DNA of 59,340 nt from a virus. Taxonomy: Duplodnaviria; Caudoviricetes. The DNA is taken from IMG/VR virus record IMGVR_UViG_3300035670_000235, positions 1 to 59,340 of that record; one strand, written 5' to 3'. The notes under the pieces were generated by a model that was not told where the DNA came from, ran no database searches, and saw nothing but the letters and a program-made list of their open reading frames with translations. This document shows positions 1 through 9,125 of this stretch, piece by piece. The translations under genes were made by a program, and so were the position numbers. How positions within the stretch are numbered: position 1 is the stretch's first letter; each line of letters begins with the position of its first letter.

Positions 1-127
1 GCTCTTGATTGCCCTGCCAGACGTCGAAGAAAAGACCGAAGGTGGCATCCTCAAGGCAACCGAAACGATCCGCAACGAAACAGTGGCCACCGTGGTGGGC
101 TTTGTTTTGAAGCTCGGGCCGGATGCT
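1..127. repeat. Terminal direct repeat identical to 59214-59340 (circular assembly overlap)
   Basis: Exact 127-nt match of window start and end; it splits the GroES-like gene; 127 is a common assembler k-mer. Confidence 0.95.
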
Positions 128-301
128 TATAAGGATGAGAAGCGATTCCCCACTGGTGCCTACTGCAAAGAAGGTGACTGGGTGGTGTTTCGGGCGTACA
201 GCGGTACCCGAGTCAAGATTCACGGCAAGGAATTCCGAATCATCAATGATGACTCGGTTGAAGCCGTGGTGGATGACCCGCGTGGAGTTGAGCGAGTATG
301 A
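5..301 (+). CDS. groES: GroES-like co-chaperonin (Cpn10), C-terminal part
   Basis: KTEGGI...V..LGP...GDWVVF..YSGT.VKI.GKEFRIINDDSV.AVV Cpn10 pattern; lies upstream of scaffold and capsid genes. Confidence 0.85.
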   Translation: MIALPDVEEKTEGGILKATETIRNETVATVVGFVLKLGPDAYKDEKRFPTGAYCKEGDWVVFRAYSGTRVKIHGKEFRIINDDSVEAVVDDPRGVERV

Positions 302-1368
302 GTGACGAGAACAATGAAGTTGAATTAGTGGCAGAAGATTCTGCCCCCCAGTCCGAAGAAAGCAAATTCTTCGGAATCAAAACCCAAATCCTTCCCCGAG
401 CAGGCGACTCCGACCAAGACGATGAAATCAAGGTCGAAGTCATTGATCCTCGCAAGCCAGAGGATCGCAAGCCAAAGAAGGCAGAGGCCGTAAAGGACTC
501 TGATAACGAATCGGAAGTTGAGAACTACAGTGCGCGAGTTAAGAAGCGCATCGATAAGCTCAAGTACGATTACCATGAGGAACGGCGGCAGCGAGAGGAA
601 GCTGCCCGTTTGCGCGATGAGGCCATCAATTATGCCCAGCGAGTACAAGAGGAAAATAAACGTCTTGCTTCGCTGGTGTCGGATAGCCAAAAAGCAATTC
701 AGCAACAGATTGTGGAGCGAGCTAAAGCCGCCGCTTCATTAGCCGAAGCTGAACTGCGCCGCGCACATGAAGCCGGTGATGCTGATGCGATCGTTAAAGC
801 TCAACAGAGTTTGACCCGCGCACAGTTGACTGAGGCAGCCGCCCCTAATTACGCAAGCCAGATTGCAGCCAAGCTGAAAGAATCGAAAGTGGAGCAAGCT
901 CCGCAGAATGTTCTCCAGCAGGCAGCCCAATCAGCGCCAAGACCTGATCCGCGAGCTGCCCGATGGCAGTCAGAGAATCAGTGGTTTGGCAAAGACCCCG
1001 AGATGACTAGTTTTGCTTATGGCGTACACCAGAAGCTCATCTCGGAAAATGGCAGTGACTACGCATCAACCGATGAGTACTACGCTGCCATCAACAAAAG
1101 AATGCGTCAGGTATTCCCTGACCGTTTTTCGGAGGATGATGAGTCAGATGACTTCGATGCCGATGAGGTAAACGAAGTTGAGACTCGCACTGCGACCCCG
1201 AAAAAAGCATCCAAACGGATGCCCGTTGTGGCCCCGGCAACTCGAAATACCGGATCAGCCCCACGCAAAGTGCAGTTGACGGCCACGCAAGTCGCCCTCG
1301 CCAAGCGGCTTGGATTGACTCCTCAACAGTACGCCATGCAAGTTATGAAGGAGATGAAAAATGGCTAA
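298..1368 (+). CDS. Probable capsid scaffolding protein
   Basis: Acidic N-terminus, coiled-coil core, C-terminal LT..QVALAKRLGLT..QYA; located between portal and MCP. Confidence 0.7.
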   Translation: MSDENNEVELVAEDSAPQSEESKFFGIKTQILPRAGDSDQDDEIKVEVIDPRKPEDRKPKKAEAVKDSDNESEVENYSARVKKRIDKLKYDYHEERRQREEAARLRDEAINYAQRVQEENKRLASLVSDSQKAIQQQIVERAKAAASLAEAELRRAHEAGDADAIVKAQQSLTRAQLTEAAAPNYASQIAAKLKESKVEQAPQNVLQQAAQSAPRPDPRAARWQSENQWFGKDPEMTSFAYGVHQKLISENGSDYASTDEYYAAINKRMRQVFPDRFSEDDESDDFDADEVNEVETRTATPKKASKRMPVVAPATRNTGSAPRKVQLTATQVALAKRLGLTPQQYAMQVMKEMKNG

Positions 1369-1819
1369 TGAGCGCAAACCTCGCGAAATTGAAACTCGTG
1401 CTAACGAAACTCGAACTCAGAGTTGGAAGCCCCCTTCGGTTCTGCCAGATCCCATCCCGCAAGACGGTTGGGTATTCCGGTGGGTACGTACTGCATCTCT
1501 AGGTAACCTAGATAACAAAAACACTTCCATGCGCCTTCGTGAGGGCTGGGAGCCTGTACGAGCTGAAGATCATCCCGAACTGCAGATCATGTCTGATCAC
1601 AATTCGGAGTGGGCTAAGCGTGGAGCGATTGAAGTAGGTGGTCTCTTGCTATGCAAGATGCCGGTGGAAAAGGCGCAAGCTCGCCAGGACTTCTATGCAC
1701 AGAAGGCCGAGCAGCAAGTGAACTCCATCGACAACAACTACCTGCGTGAGAATGACCCGCGCATGCCGATGCTGAAGCCGGAGCGTAAGACGAGAGTCAC
1801 GTTTGGTGGCGGCAACTAG
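1361..1819 (+). CDS. Conserved phage head-module protein
   Basis: 152 aa, GGAG RBS, FRWVR...LREGWEPV pattern, position in head operon. Confidence 0.6.
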   Translation: MANERKPREIETRANETRTQSWKPPSVLPDPIPQDGWVFRWVRTASLGNLDNKNTSMRLREGWEPVRAEDHPELQIMSDHNSEWAKRGAIEVGGLLLCKMPVEKAQARQDFYAQKAEQQVNSIDNNYLRENDPRMPMLKPERKTRVTFGGGN

Positions 1820-1865
1820 GAATGGTTCCTGGCAGCCGTCTTTTTAATTAATAGGAGTATCAAGT

Positions 1866-2438
1866 ATGTCAAGCACTGCTACCCCGTATGGGATGCGGCC
1901 TGTCGGCGTCCTTGGTGGTCGTCCGGACAACAATGCTTTCAACAGCTACAAGATTGCTAGCGGCTATGCTGCTAACATTTTCTACGGCGACGTTGTGAAG
2001 CTGGTGTCCACTGGTGTCGTTGAGAAGGACACCGGAACTTCCACTTTGACCCCGATCGGTGTTTTTGTCGGCTGCCGTTACACGAACCCGACGACCAAGG
2101 AACTCACCTTTGCTCAGTACTGGCCGACCGGCACTGTGGCTTCGGATGCGTTTGCTTATGTCGTTGACGATCCGTGGGCAGTCTTCCAGATCCAGGGTGA
2201 TGACACTCTGGCTCAGACGACCCTCGGTAACAACGCGGCTATCGTTCAGACGGCTGGCTCTACCGCTATCGGTAACAGCAAGAACGCTCTGGACGCCTCG
2301 ACCGTGAACACGACCGATACGCTCCCGTTGCGTATTGTCGCGTTTGTGGATGGCCCCAACAGCGCCGTTGGCGATGCGTACACTGATGTGATTGTTAAGT
2401 TCAACAATCACCAGTTGACCACGCTCACTGGCGTTTAA
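1866..2438 (+). CDS. Putative capsid decoration/cement protein
   Basis: PYGMRPV...IFYGDVV...GVFVGC pattern immediately upstream of MCP; strong RBS. Confidence 0.6.
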   Translation: MSSTATPYGMRPVGVLGGRPDNNAFNSYKIASGYAANIFYGDVVKLVSTGVVEKDTGTSTLTPIGVFVGCRYTNPTTKELTFAQYWPTGTVASDAFAYVVDDPWAVFQIQGDDTLAQTTLGNNAAIVQTAGSTAIGNSKNALDASTVNTTDTLPLRIVAFVDGPNSAVGDAYTDVIVKFNNHQLTTLTGV

Positions 2439-2453
2439 TAGGAGTAACTAGCA

Positions 2454-3362
2454 ATGGCAATTTCACGCGCACAGTTGCTCAAGGAACTCCTTCCGGGCCT
2501 TAACGCCCTGTTCGGCCTTGAGTACAAGAAGTACGAAGACGAGCATGCGGAGATCTATGAGACGGAAAACTCTGAGCGTTCGTTTGAAGAGGAAGTGAAG
2601 CTTTCGGGATTCGGCGCTGCGCCGGTCAAGAACGAAGGCTCCGCGATCTCCTACGACAACGCCCAAGAGTCGTTCACCGCTCGCTACAACCACGAAACGA
2701 TTGCTATGGGTTTCGCGATCACGGAAGAAGCCATGGAGGACAACCTCTATGACTCGCTCTCGTCGCGTTACACCAAGGCTCTCGCTCGTGCGATGGCGTA
2801 CACGAAGCAAGTCAAGGCGGCCTACCCGCTGAACGCTGGCTTCAACACGTACCAGTCGGGCGACGGTGTTACGCTGTTCAGCACCTCGCACCCCTTGGTG
2901 TCGGGTGGCGTTAACTCCAACCGTCCGACGGTGGGTGTTGACCTGAACGAGACGTCGTTGGAAGCGGCAGTCATTCAGATCGCTGACTGGACGGACGAGC
3001 GTGGTCTTTTGATCGCTGCCCGTCCGCGCAAGCTCATCGTTCCGCCTGACCTGATGTTCGTGGCTCAGCGTATCCTCGCGACGGAACTCCGTCCGGCGAC
3101 CGCCGACAACGACATCAACGCCCTTCGTTCGATGGGTGTCATTCCGGAAGGGTTCTCTGTGAACCACTACCTGACTGACACGAACGCTTGGTTCTTGATG
3201 ACCGACGTTCCCAATGGCATGAAGCACTTTGTCCGTGCGCCGCTTGAGACGAGCATGGACGGAGACTTCGATACCGGGAATGTGCGGTACAAGGCTCGCG
3301 AGCGTTATTCGTTCGGCGTGTCTGATCCGCTCGGCATCTTCGGATCGCCCGGCGCGACCTGA
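2454..3362 (+). CDS. Major capsid protein (HK97 fold, Mu gpT-like)
   Basis: MAISRAQLLKELLPGLNALFG...KLIVPP...RYKARERYSFG; high-expression codon bias; followed by terminator. Confidence 0.9.
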   Translation: MAISRAQLLKELLPGLNALFGLEYKKYEDEHAEIYETENSERSFEEEVKLSGFGAAPVKNEGSAISYDNAQESFTARYNHETIAMGFAITEEAMEDNLYDSLSSRYTKALARAMAYTKQVKAAYPLNAGFNTYQSGDGVTLFSTSHPLVSGGVNSNRPTVGVDLNETSLEAAVIQIADWTDERGLLIAARPRKLIVPPDLMFVAQRILATELRPATADNDINALRSMGVIPEGFSVNHYLTDTNAWFLMTDVPNGMKHFVRAPLETSMDGDFDTGNVRYKARERYSFGVSDPLGIFGSPGAT

Positions 3363-3374
3363 TAGCAGGCAAAT

Positions 3375-3407
3375 AGGAGGGGGTCGCAAGACCCCCTTCT
3401 TTCCTTT
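3375..3407 (+). terminator. Intrinsic terminator after MCP
   Basis: AGGGGGTC-GCAA-GACCCCCT hairpin followed by pyrimidine/T tract. Confidence 0.7.
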
Positions 3408-3491
3408 ATCCTAGATTTATTTCCCATATCAGACAGGCTAGGCTGACGACATGCAGACGGATATGGGTATCTCGCATGTGAGGATACTTCA

Positions 3492-3938
3492 ATGAGTTTG
3501 ACCACTTTTTCTGGCCCGGTTAAATCCGACAATGGATTCATCGGCCCAGTTGCTAACACCACGCTGACGGCTGCTTCGACGTTAACGGCTGCGGATAGCG
3601 GTCGCACGTTCTTCTTGAACTCCGCCACGGAGTTTGCGACGACGTTGCCTGCCCCGGCTGCGGGTCTTTCGTTCTCGTTTGTTGTAACGGCTGCCCCGTC
3701 GGGTGCTAGCTACACGATCGTAACGGGCAGCAGCGCCAATATCATCAAGGGCGTTCAGTTCACGGCGGAAGATGCCGGTGGTTCTGGCGACTCTGGCACG
3801 GCTGATGACACCATCACGTTTGTGGATGGTCAGGCAGTGGCCGGTGACCGTGTTGATTTGGTATGTGATGGCACGAACTGGTTTGCCTATGGCTTCACCA
3901 AGTTGGTTGCCGCGCTGACCTTCACTCAGGCCAGCTAA
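3492..3938 (+). CDS. Putative virion structural protein
   Basis: MSLTTFSGPVKS N-terminus, Thr/Ala/Gly-rich, directly after MCP. Confidence 0.6.
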   Translation: MSLTTFSGPVKSDNGFIGPVANTTLTAASTLTAADSGRTFFLNSATEFATTLPAPAAGLSFSFVVTAAPSGASYTIVTGSSANIIKGVQFTAEDAGGSGDSGTADDTITFVDGQAVAGDRVDLVCDGTNWFAYGFTKLVAALTFTQAS

Positions 3939-3992
3939 TTTAGCCTTTAGGTATGCGGGGAGAGTTCTCCCCGCTATCCTTCGGAGACATAC

Positions 3993-4394
3993 ATGGCAGA
4001 TGCAGTAGCAAGTCAAACGCTGATCGACGGTGATCGCGTTGCTATTCTTAAGTTCACGAACATTAGCGATAGCACTGGTGAGTCCGGTGTTGTCAAGGTG
4101 GATGTGTCGGCATTGTCTGCGCCCGCCGGTAAGGTATGCAGCAGCGTGGCGATTGATCGCATCTACGCCTCTACGGTCGGCATGGGTGTGGACATCCTGT
4201 GGGATGCCACGACCGATGTGGTGGCGATGACGCTCGGCCCTGATCAGTTCTACGAGTACAAGTTCGATGATATCGGCGGACTCTGGAACAACGCTGGCGC
4301 TGGTAAGACAGGTGATGTCCTGTTCACCACAGTCGGAGCCGCTTCTGGTGATCGCTACACCATCATTCTGTACGTGACCAAGAAGTACACCTAA
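3993..4394 (+). CDS. Putative virion structural protein
   Basis: 133 aa, MADAVASQTL.DG, beta-rich, late operon. Confidence 0.55.
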   Translation: MADAVASQTLIDGDRVAILKFTNISDSTGESGVVKVDVSALSAPAGKVCSSVAIDRIYASTVGMGVDILWDATTDVVAMTLGPDQFYEYKFDDIGGLWNNAGAGKTGDVLFTTVGAASGDRYTIILYVTKKYT

Positions 4395-4753
4395 TGGTTA
4401 AGGGCGTAAAACGACTGCCATCCGGTGGCATCGAATATCGCGGTGAAAAGTTCTCAGGGTTTAACAAGCCCAAGAACGCCCCGGCTGGTGACACGCACAA
4501 GAAGGTGGTGTTAGCTAAGAAGGGTGACAAAGTTAAACTAGTCCGATTTGGACGGAGAGGTTATGGCCACAACTACTCGCCGGAAGCGCGGAAAAACTAC
4601 CTTGCGCGCAGCGCGGGCATCAAAGGGAAAGGCGGTCGCAAAACCGCCAGCGATCCCTTCTCAGCCAACTACTGGGCCAGAAAAGTATTATGGGCTGGTG
4701 CTGGCGGCAGTAAAGCGTCGCCTCCAGGCGGCTCTCGATTTCGTAAGAGGTAA
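4394..4753 (+). CDS. Small basic phage protein
   Basis: Lys/Gly-rich, FNKPK...VKLVRFG...SANYWAR; translationally coupled. Confidence 0.6.
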   Translation: MVKGVKRLPSGGIEYRGEKFSGFNKPKNAPAGDTHKKVVLAKKGDKVKLVRFGRRGYGHNYSPEARKNYLARSAGIKGKGGRKTASDPFSANYWARKVLWAGAGGSKASPPGGSRFRKR

Positions 4754-4759
4754 GTTTCT

Positions 4760-5182
4760 ATGAATAGGGGCAACATGAAACAAGAAATCATGAAAGCGCC
4801 TGCTTCGCCCAAGGCGAAGAAGAAGGTTGAGAAAGTGATGGGTGAGTTCAAGCGTGGCAAGCTGAAGTCAGGTTCTGGCCAGAAGGTCAAGAGCCGCGAT
4901 CAGGCTGTTGCCATTGCGTTGTCTGAAGCCCGTGGTGCCATGCAGCGTAAGTATGGCGGCAAGGGCATTACCATGTACAAGGACTCGGTGGGTCGTCGGT
5001 TTGGTGACATGATGGAAGACCCGCGTAAGCCGGGTGCCGGAATGCGCAATGCCGGTCGATACATTATGGATGCTCCTAAGTACAGCGAGAAAGAACGGCA
5101 GGCCATGCAAGAGGTCAAAGATGCCGAGATGACTCGCAAGATGCGGGAAGCTCGCCGTAAGTTCTACAGTCAAGGCAAATAG
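4760..5182 (+). CDS. Basic protein with DUF6496-like domain
   Basis: KVEKVMGEFKRGKLKSGSG.KVKSR.QAVAIALSEAR motif. Confidence 0.65.
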   Translation: MNRGNMKQEIMKAPASPKAKKKVEKVMGEFKRGKLKSGSGQKVKSRDQAVAIALSEARGAMQRKYGGKGITMYKDSVGRRFGDMMEDPRKPGAGMRNAGRYIMDAPKYSEKERQAMQEVKDAEMTRKMREARRKFYSQGK

Positions 5183-5193
5183 GAGATCCTTAA

Positions 5194-5358
5194 ATGATGC
5201 AGTGTCGTGGTATGGGTGCTGTTACCAAGAAAGGCAACAAGCCGAAAGTGATGGCCAAAGGTAAGAAAGTGCCAAACAAAATGATGGGCGGCAAGATGGT
5301 TCCCGGCTACAAGGCTGGTATGGCCGTCAAGCGTAAGATGAAAGGGAAGAAGGTCTAA
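5194..5358 (+). CDS. 54-aa Lys/Met/Gly-rich protein (missing from ORF track)
   Basis: AGGAG RBS, MMQCRGMGAVTKKG...KMKGKKV*, fills the gap between neighbours. Confidence 0.7.
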   Translation: MMQCRGMGAVTKKGNKPKVMAKGKKVPNKMMGGKMVPGYKAGMAVKRKMKGKKV

Positions 5359-5361
5359 TAA

Positions 5362-6072
5362 GTGACTACCAGCGCAACAGCAACATTCAATCTCGATCTC
5401 AACGCTATCGTTGAAGAGGCGTTTGAGCGTTGTGGCGCTGAACTCAGATCGGGCTACGACCTGCGGACTGCGCGGCGTAGCCTGAATCTGATGTTGATGG
5501 AATGGGCTAACCGGGGAGTCAATCTCTGGACGGTGGAGCAAGGCAGTCAGGTCTTAACCCCCGGCACTGCCACCTATAATTTGCCCGTTGATACGGTCGA
5601 TTTGCTGGAGCATGTGATTCGCACCGGCACAGGTCAGAACCAAACTGACATCGACATCACCCGAATTTCGGTTAGCACCTTTGCGTCCATCCCGAACAAG
5701 ACTGCCCAAGGCCGTCCGATTCAGGTTTGGATTGATCGCAAGTCGGGACAGACTAACGCTGCTAGCGTGGTGCAGTATCCCACCTTTACGGTGTGGCCAG
5801 TCCCTGACAACAGCCAGACCTACACCTTCGTGTACTGGCGCTTGCGCCGTATGCTCGATGCTGGCACTGGCGTAACCAATCAGGATGTGCCGTTCCGGTT
5901 TCTGCCTTGCTTGGTAGCAGGGCTTTCCTATTTCTTGTCGGTGAAGATCGCACCGGATCGCATGGTTGCATTGAAAGCCATGTACGATGAAAGCTGGGAG
6001 CTTGCGGCTGGCGAAGATCGCGAAAAGGCTGCAGTGCGTTTCGTTCCAAGACAACAGTTTTTGACGGGCTAA
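5362..6072 (+). CDS. Putative head-tail adaptor / tail tubular protein
   Basis: IVEEAFERCG...ARRSLNLML.EW.NRG..LW; WPVPD; position after capsid genes. Confidence 0.65.
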   Translation: MTTSATATFNLDLNAIVEEAFERCGAELRSGYDLRTARRSLNLMLMEWANRGVNLWTVEQGSQVLTPGTATYNLPVDTVDLLEHVIRTGTGQNQTDIDITRISVSTFASIPNKTAQGRPIQVWIDRKSGQTNAASVVQYPTFTVWPVPDNSQTYTFVYWRLRRMLDAGTGVTNQDVPFRFLPCLVAGLSYFLSVKIAPDRMVALKAMYDESWELAAGEDREKAAVRFVPRQQFLTG

Positions 6073-6075
6073 GCC

Positions 6076-6558
6076 ATGCAGGGGGATTTGCTTTTAGCGT
6101 GGGTAGCTGGGTTTTTTGACGGTGAAGGAAGCGTCATTGTCGAGTACTCGAAGTCATCAGCTTCAAAAAGAGGATGGAGGACTTCTCTTCACGCAACTCT
6201 AACGCAAACCAGCTTGCCATGTTTGGAGTTAGTTCAAAAGCATTTTGGTGGCTCTATAAAAACATCGGACACAAGAAAAGAATATGCTAGTAGGTGGGCT
6301 GTTCAATATACATGGTCTGTTAGGAATCAATCCGCTTTAGATTTTTTAAAAAAAATCAGGCCATATTCTATTGTTAAGGCTGATCAGATAGACCTTGCCG
6401 TAACTTATCCTATGTTTGATAGCAATGGGAAGAAATATGGGAATAAAGGAAACCCAATGCCGGATGCAGTTTGGGATAAGCGGATTCAGATAAGAGACGG
6501 ATTAAAAGATATCCGTTTTAGAATGAAAACCCCTGCTAGAGTTCTTCCGGATGTCTAG
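6076..6558 (+). mobile_element. Free-standing LAGLIDADG homing endonuclease
   Basis: AWVAGFFDGEGS motif, FGGSI, PYSIVKA.Q; AT-rich relative to flanks. Confidence 0.85.
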
Positions 6559-6928
6559 TAATTTTGCATCTGGAAGGCATTCTATAGCGGAATGTGATAG
6601 GTGTGGATTTCAATACAAGCTTTCCGATTTAAGTCAGCTTGTTATTAAAACCCAAAATGTTAATATCTTGGTTTGCCAAGAGTGCTATGACCCAGACCAA
6701 CCGCAGTTGTCTCTGGGTATGTATCCCATCGAAGACCCGCAAGCGGTGAGAAACCCTCGCCCAGATACCAGCTACTACGCTGTCGGAGCCAATGGCGCTG
6801 GAGGCAGTCGCATGATTCAGTGGGGATGGAACCCTGTTGGCGGCGCTAGAGCGTGGGATAATGGCCTCACCCCAAACGACCTAGTAGCCACTGGTGGTGT
6901 AGGCACTGTCACCGTAAGTACAACTTGA
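6551..6928 (+). CDS. Conserved phage protein with CxxC...CxxC zinc-ribbon N-terminus
   Basis: ECDRCGF...VCQEC.DPDQPQL...DPQA..NPRPD. Confidence 0.65.
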   Translation: MSSNFASGRHSIAECDRCGFQYKLSDLSQLVIKTQNVNILVCQECYDPDQPQLSLGMYPIEDPQAVRNPRPDTSYYAVGANGAGGSRMIQWGWNPVGGARAWDNGLTPNDLVATGGVGTVTVSTT

Positions 6929-6935
6929 GATAACC

Positions 6936-7592
6936 ATGAACTACGCACAACTAAGCGCCGCTATCCAAGAGTACTGCCAATCGACTGAATCGTCGTTTGT
7001 CGCAAACATCCCGACATTTGTTAAGCAGGCCGAGAAGCGCATCTACAACATGGTGCAGTTCCCAGCGCTTCGCAAGAACATGACAGGCTCTACCGCTGCC
7101 AGCAATAAATACTTAGCATGCCCTGATGACTTCTTGGCTCCATACTCACTGGCAGTCATATTGCCTGATGGAAGCTATGAGTATCTTTTGAATAAAGACG
7201 TTAACTTTATTCGAGAATCTTATCCCACGCCGACATCCACTGGCGTTCCAGCTTACTACGCCTTGTTTGGTTCTAGATCGGATAACCTAAATGAACTTAC
7301 ATTTATCCTAGGCCCAACGCCAAACAATGTGTATTCAATGGAGCTGCATTACTTTTACTACCCAGCCTCTATTGTGGATGCAGGTACAAGTTGGCTTGGT
7401 GACAACTTTGATCCGGTATTGCTGTACGGCTCTCTTGTCGAGGCTTACACCTACCTAAAGGGTGATCCAGACTTGATGACTCAGTATGAGAACAAGTACA
7501 AAGAAGCCATCTTGTTAGCCAAGCGCCTTGGAGACGGCATGGAGCGTCAAGATGCTTACCGTAGTGGTCAAGCTAGGATTCCTGTGACATGA
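6936..7592 (+). CDS. Putative phage adaptor/connector protein
   Basis: MNYAQL...FVKQAEKRIY...GPTP...LLYGSLVEAY pattern typical of podovirus adaptors. Confidence 0.65.
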   Translation: MNYAQLSAAIQEYCQSTESSFVANIPTFVKQAEKRIYNMVQFPALRKNMTGSTAASNKYLACPDDFLAPYSLAVILPDGSYEYLLNKDVNFIRESYPTPTSTGVPAYYALFGSRSDNLNELTFILGPTPNNVYSMELHYFYYPASIVDAGTSWLGDNFDPVLLYGSLVEAYTYLKGDPDLMTQYENKYKEAILLAKRLGDGMERQDAYRSGQARIPVT

Positions 7593-7879
7593 GTGGATTT
7601 AGCGGCGGCATGCAGATTGGCCCTGTCAATGTGTTCACCACGCAAAACCGTGGCTTTACTGCAGAGGAAATTGCAGATAGGGCATTGGATAAGATCATCT
7701 ATGTAGGCGATCAAAGTCATCCGGCCATTATCGAGCAGGCCAAGGCTTACAAGGAACACATCCGCGATGTGCTTATTAAGTACTTGAAAGAAGCTCAGCA
7801 AAGCGAACGCACCACGATTTGTGCCAAGCTCATTTTGCAAGGGCATAGTGATTTGGCAAAGATTATAGGAGAACTCTAG
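7589..7879 (+). CDS. Hypothetical phage protein
   Basis: 96 aa ORF coupled to neighbours. Confidence 0.6.
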   Translation: MSGFSGGMQIGPVNVFTTQNRGFTAEEIADRALDKIIYVGDQSHPAIIEQAKAYKEHIRDVLIKYLKEAQQSERTTICAKLILQGHSDLAKIIGEL

Positions 7880-8328
7880 TGGCCATCAGCCAAGCAATGG
7901 CGACCAGCTTTAAGGTCGAAATCCTCAACGGTATTCATGCGTTCGGCACGACAGTCGTTCGCGGCTCTACCACTGCCGATACGTTTAAGATTGCACTGTA
8001 CACCTCGTCAGCATCGTTAGACGCTACGACGACGGCGTATTCAGTGACGAACGAAGTGAGCGGTACTGGGTACACTGCGGGCGGCAACACGCTCACGGTA
8101 TCGCAAGTTCCAACATCCAGCGGCACGACGGCCTTCTTGGACTTTGACGACACGACCTGGAGTGCTGCCACGATCACGGCTAATGGCGCCTTAATCTATA
8201 ACAGCACCCAATCTAATAAGGCAGTAGCTGTGCTGGCATTTGGTGGAGATAAGACTTCTACCAACGGCAACTTCACGATTCAGTTCCCTGCCGCCACCGC
8301 TTCTGACGCGATCATTCGCATCGCTTAA
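7879..8328 (+). CDS. Putative tail structural protein
   Basis: FKIALYTS...NEVSGTGYTAGG...GALIYN...FGGDKTSTNGNFTIQFP. Confidence 0.65.
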   Translation: MAISQAMATSFKVEILNGIHAFGTTVVRGSTTADTFKIALYTSSASLDATTTAYSVTNEVSGTGYTAGGNTLTVSQVPTSSGTTAFLDFDDTTWSAATITANGALIYNSTQSNKAVAVLAFGGDKTSTNGNFTIQFPAATASDAIIRIA

Positions 8329-8341
8329 TTAGGTAGCGTCC

Positions 8342-9115
8342 ATGGCCGACGCTATTGTTGCCTTTCAGGGCTGGGGCGCCTCCGGTGTAGGCTGGGGCGA
8401 GCAGGGCTGGGGCGTTGGCTCCGGCTCTAACATCCAAGCTACAGGCGGTGTCGGCACTGTTGGGGTTAACGCCACCGCTGTAACCGGCGTTTCCGGTGAG
8501 GCAGTTCTTGCTGCGGTAGGCGATGAAATTGTTATTGGTGACGCCAACGTACTTTCAGTTGGGGTGCAGGCATCTGGAGCAACTGGCTCCGTTCTAGTAG
8601 TTGCTGAAGCTGTTGTAGTTTTAACTGGGATTGAAGGCGTATCAGCAACAGGATCTGTTGTTGTTGTCGCTGAGTCAATTGTTCCGACCGCTGGGGTGCA
8701 GGGTCAGCTACTGCCCGGTACTGTAGTGGTTGAGGCTGATGCCAATATCAGCGTTACGGAAGTTAACGGAGCAACATCACTAGGCTCCGTCTCTGTTAGC
8801 ACCGACCATATATTCAGCGTTACTGGTGTAACGGCTTTTGGAGAATCAGGCTCTGTTATTGTTTCTGCATCTGCCTCTACTGGGGTTACTGGAGTTCAGG
8901 CAGAAGGCGTCATTGGTTATTACGTCACTTGGAGCCTTGTTGATACCACTCAGATACCCAACTGGTCATCAATTGGCACAACGCAAGTGCCAACGTGGTC
9001 TAGTGTCAGTACCGCGCAAAACCCAAACTGGCAAGATATTAGCGTTACGCAAACACCTGGGTGGAGTAATATGTCTACCGCCCAGTCGCCTAATTGGACG
9101 CAGATTGCTGCATAG
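8342..9115 (+). CDS. Val/Gly/Thr-rich virion protein with C-terminal 11-aa Trp repeats
   Basis: VTGV-type repeats; five W-x-x-(V/I/M)-x-x-x-Q-x-P-x units at the C-terminus. Confidence 0.6.
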   Translation: MADAIVAFQGWGASGVGWGEQGWGVGSGSNIQATGGVGTVGVNATAVTGVSGEAVLAAVGDEIVIGDANVLSVGVQASGATGSVLVVAEAVVVLTGIEGVSATGSVVVVAESIVPTAGVQGQLLPGTVVVEADANISVTEVNGATSLGSVSVSTDHIFSVTGVTAFGESGSVIVSASASTGVTGVQAEGVIGYYVTWSLVDTTQIPNWSSIGTTQVPTWSSVSTAQNPNWQDISVTQTPGWSNMSTAQSPNWTQIAA

Positions 9116-9125
9116 AGGTAATTGA

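Noticed and set aside
2463-3389. Long antisense ORFs over late genes (e.g. 2463..3389, 10007..10765, 22224..23027, 57869..58639)
   Set aside because: Shadow frames of codon-biased + strand genes, with no RBS or recognisable motifs
6073-6560. Group I intron housing the LAGLIDADG gene
   Set aside because: Flanking genes look intact and abut or overlap the ORF, leaving no room for an intron core
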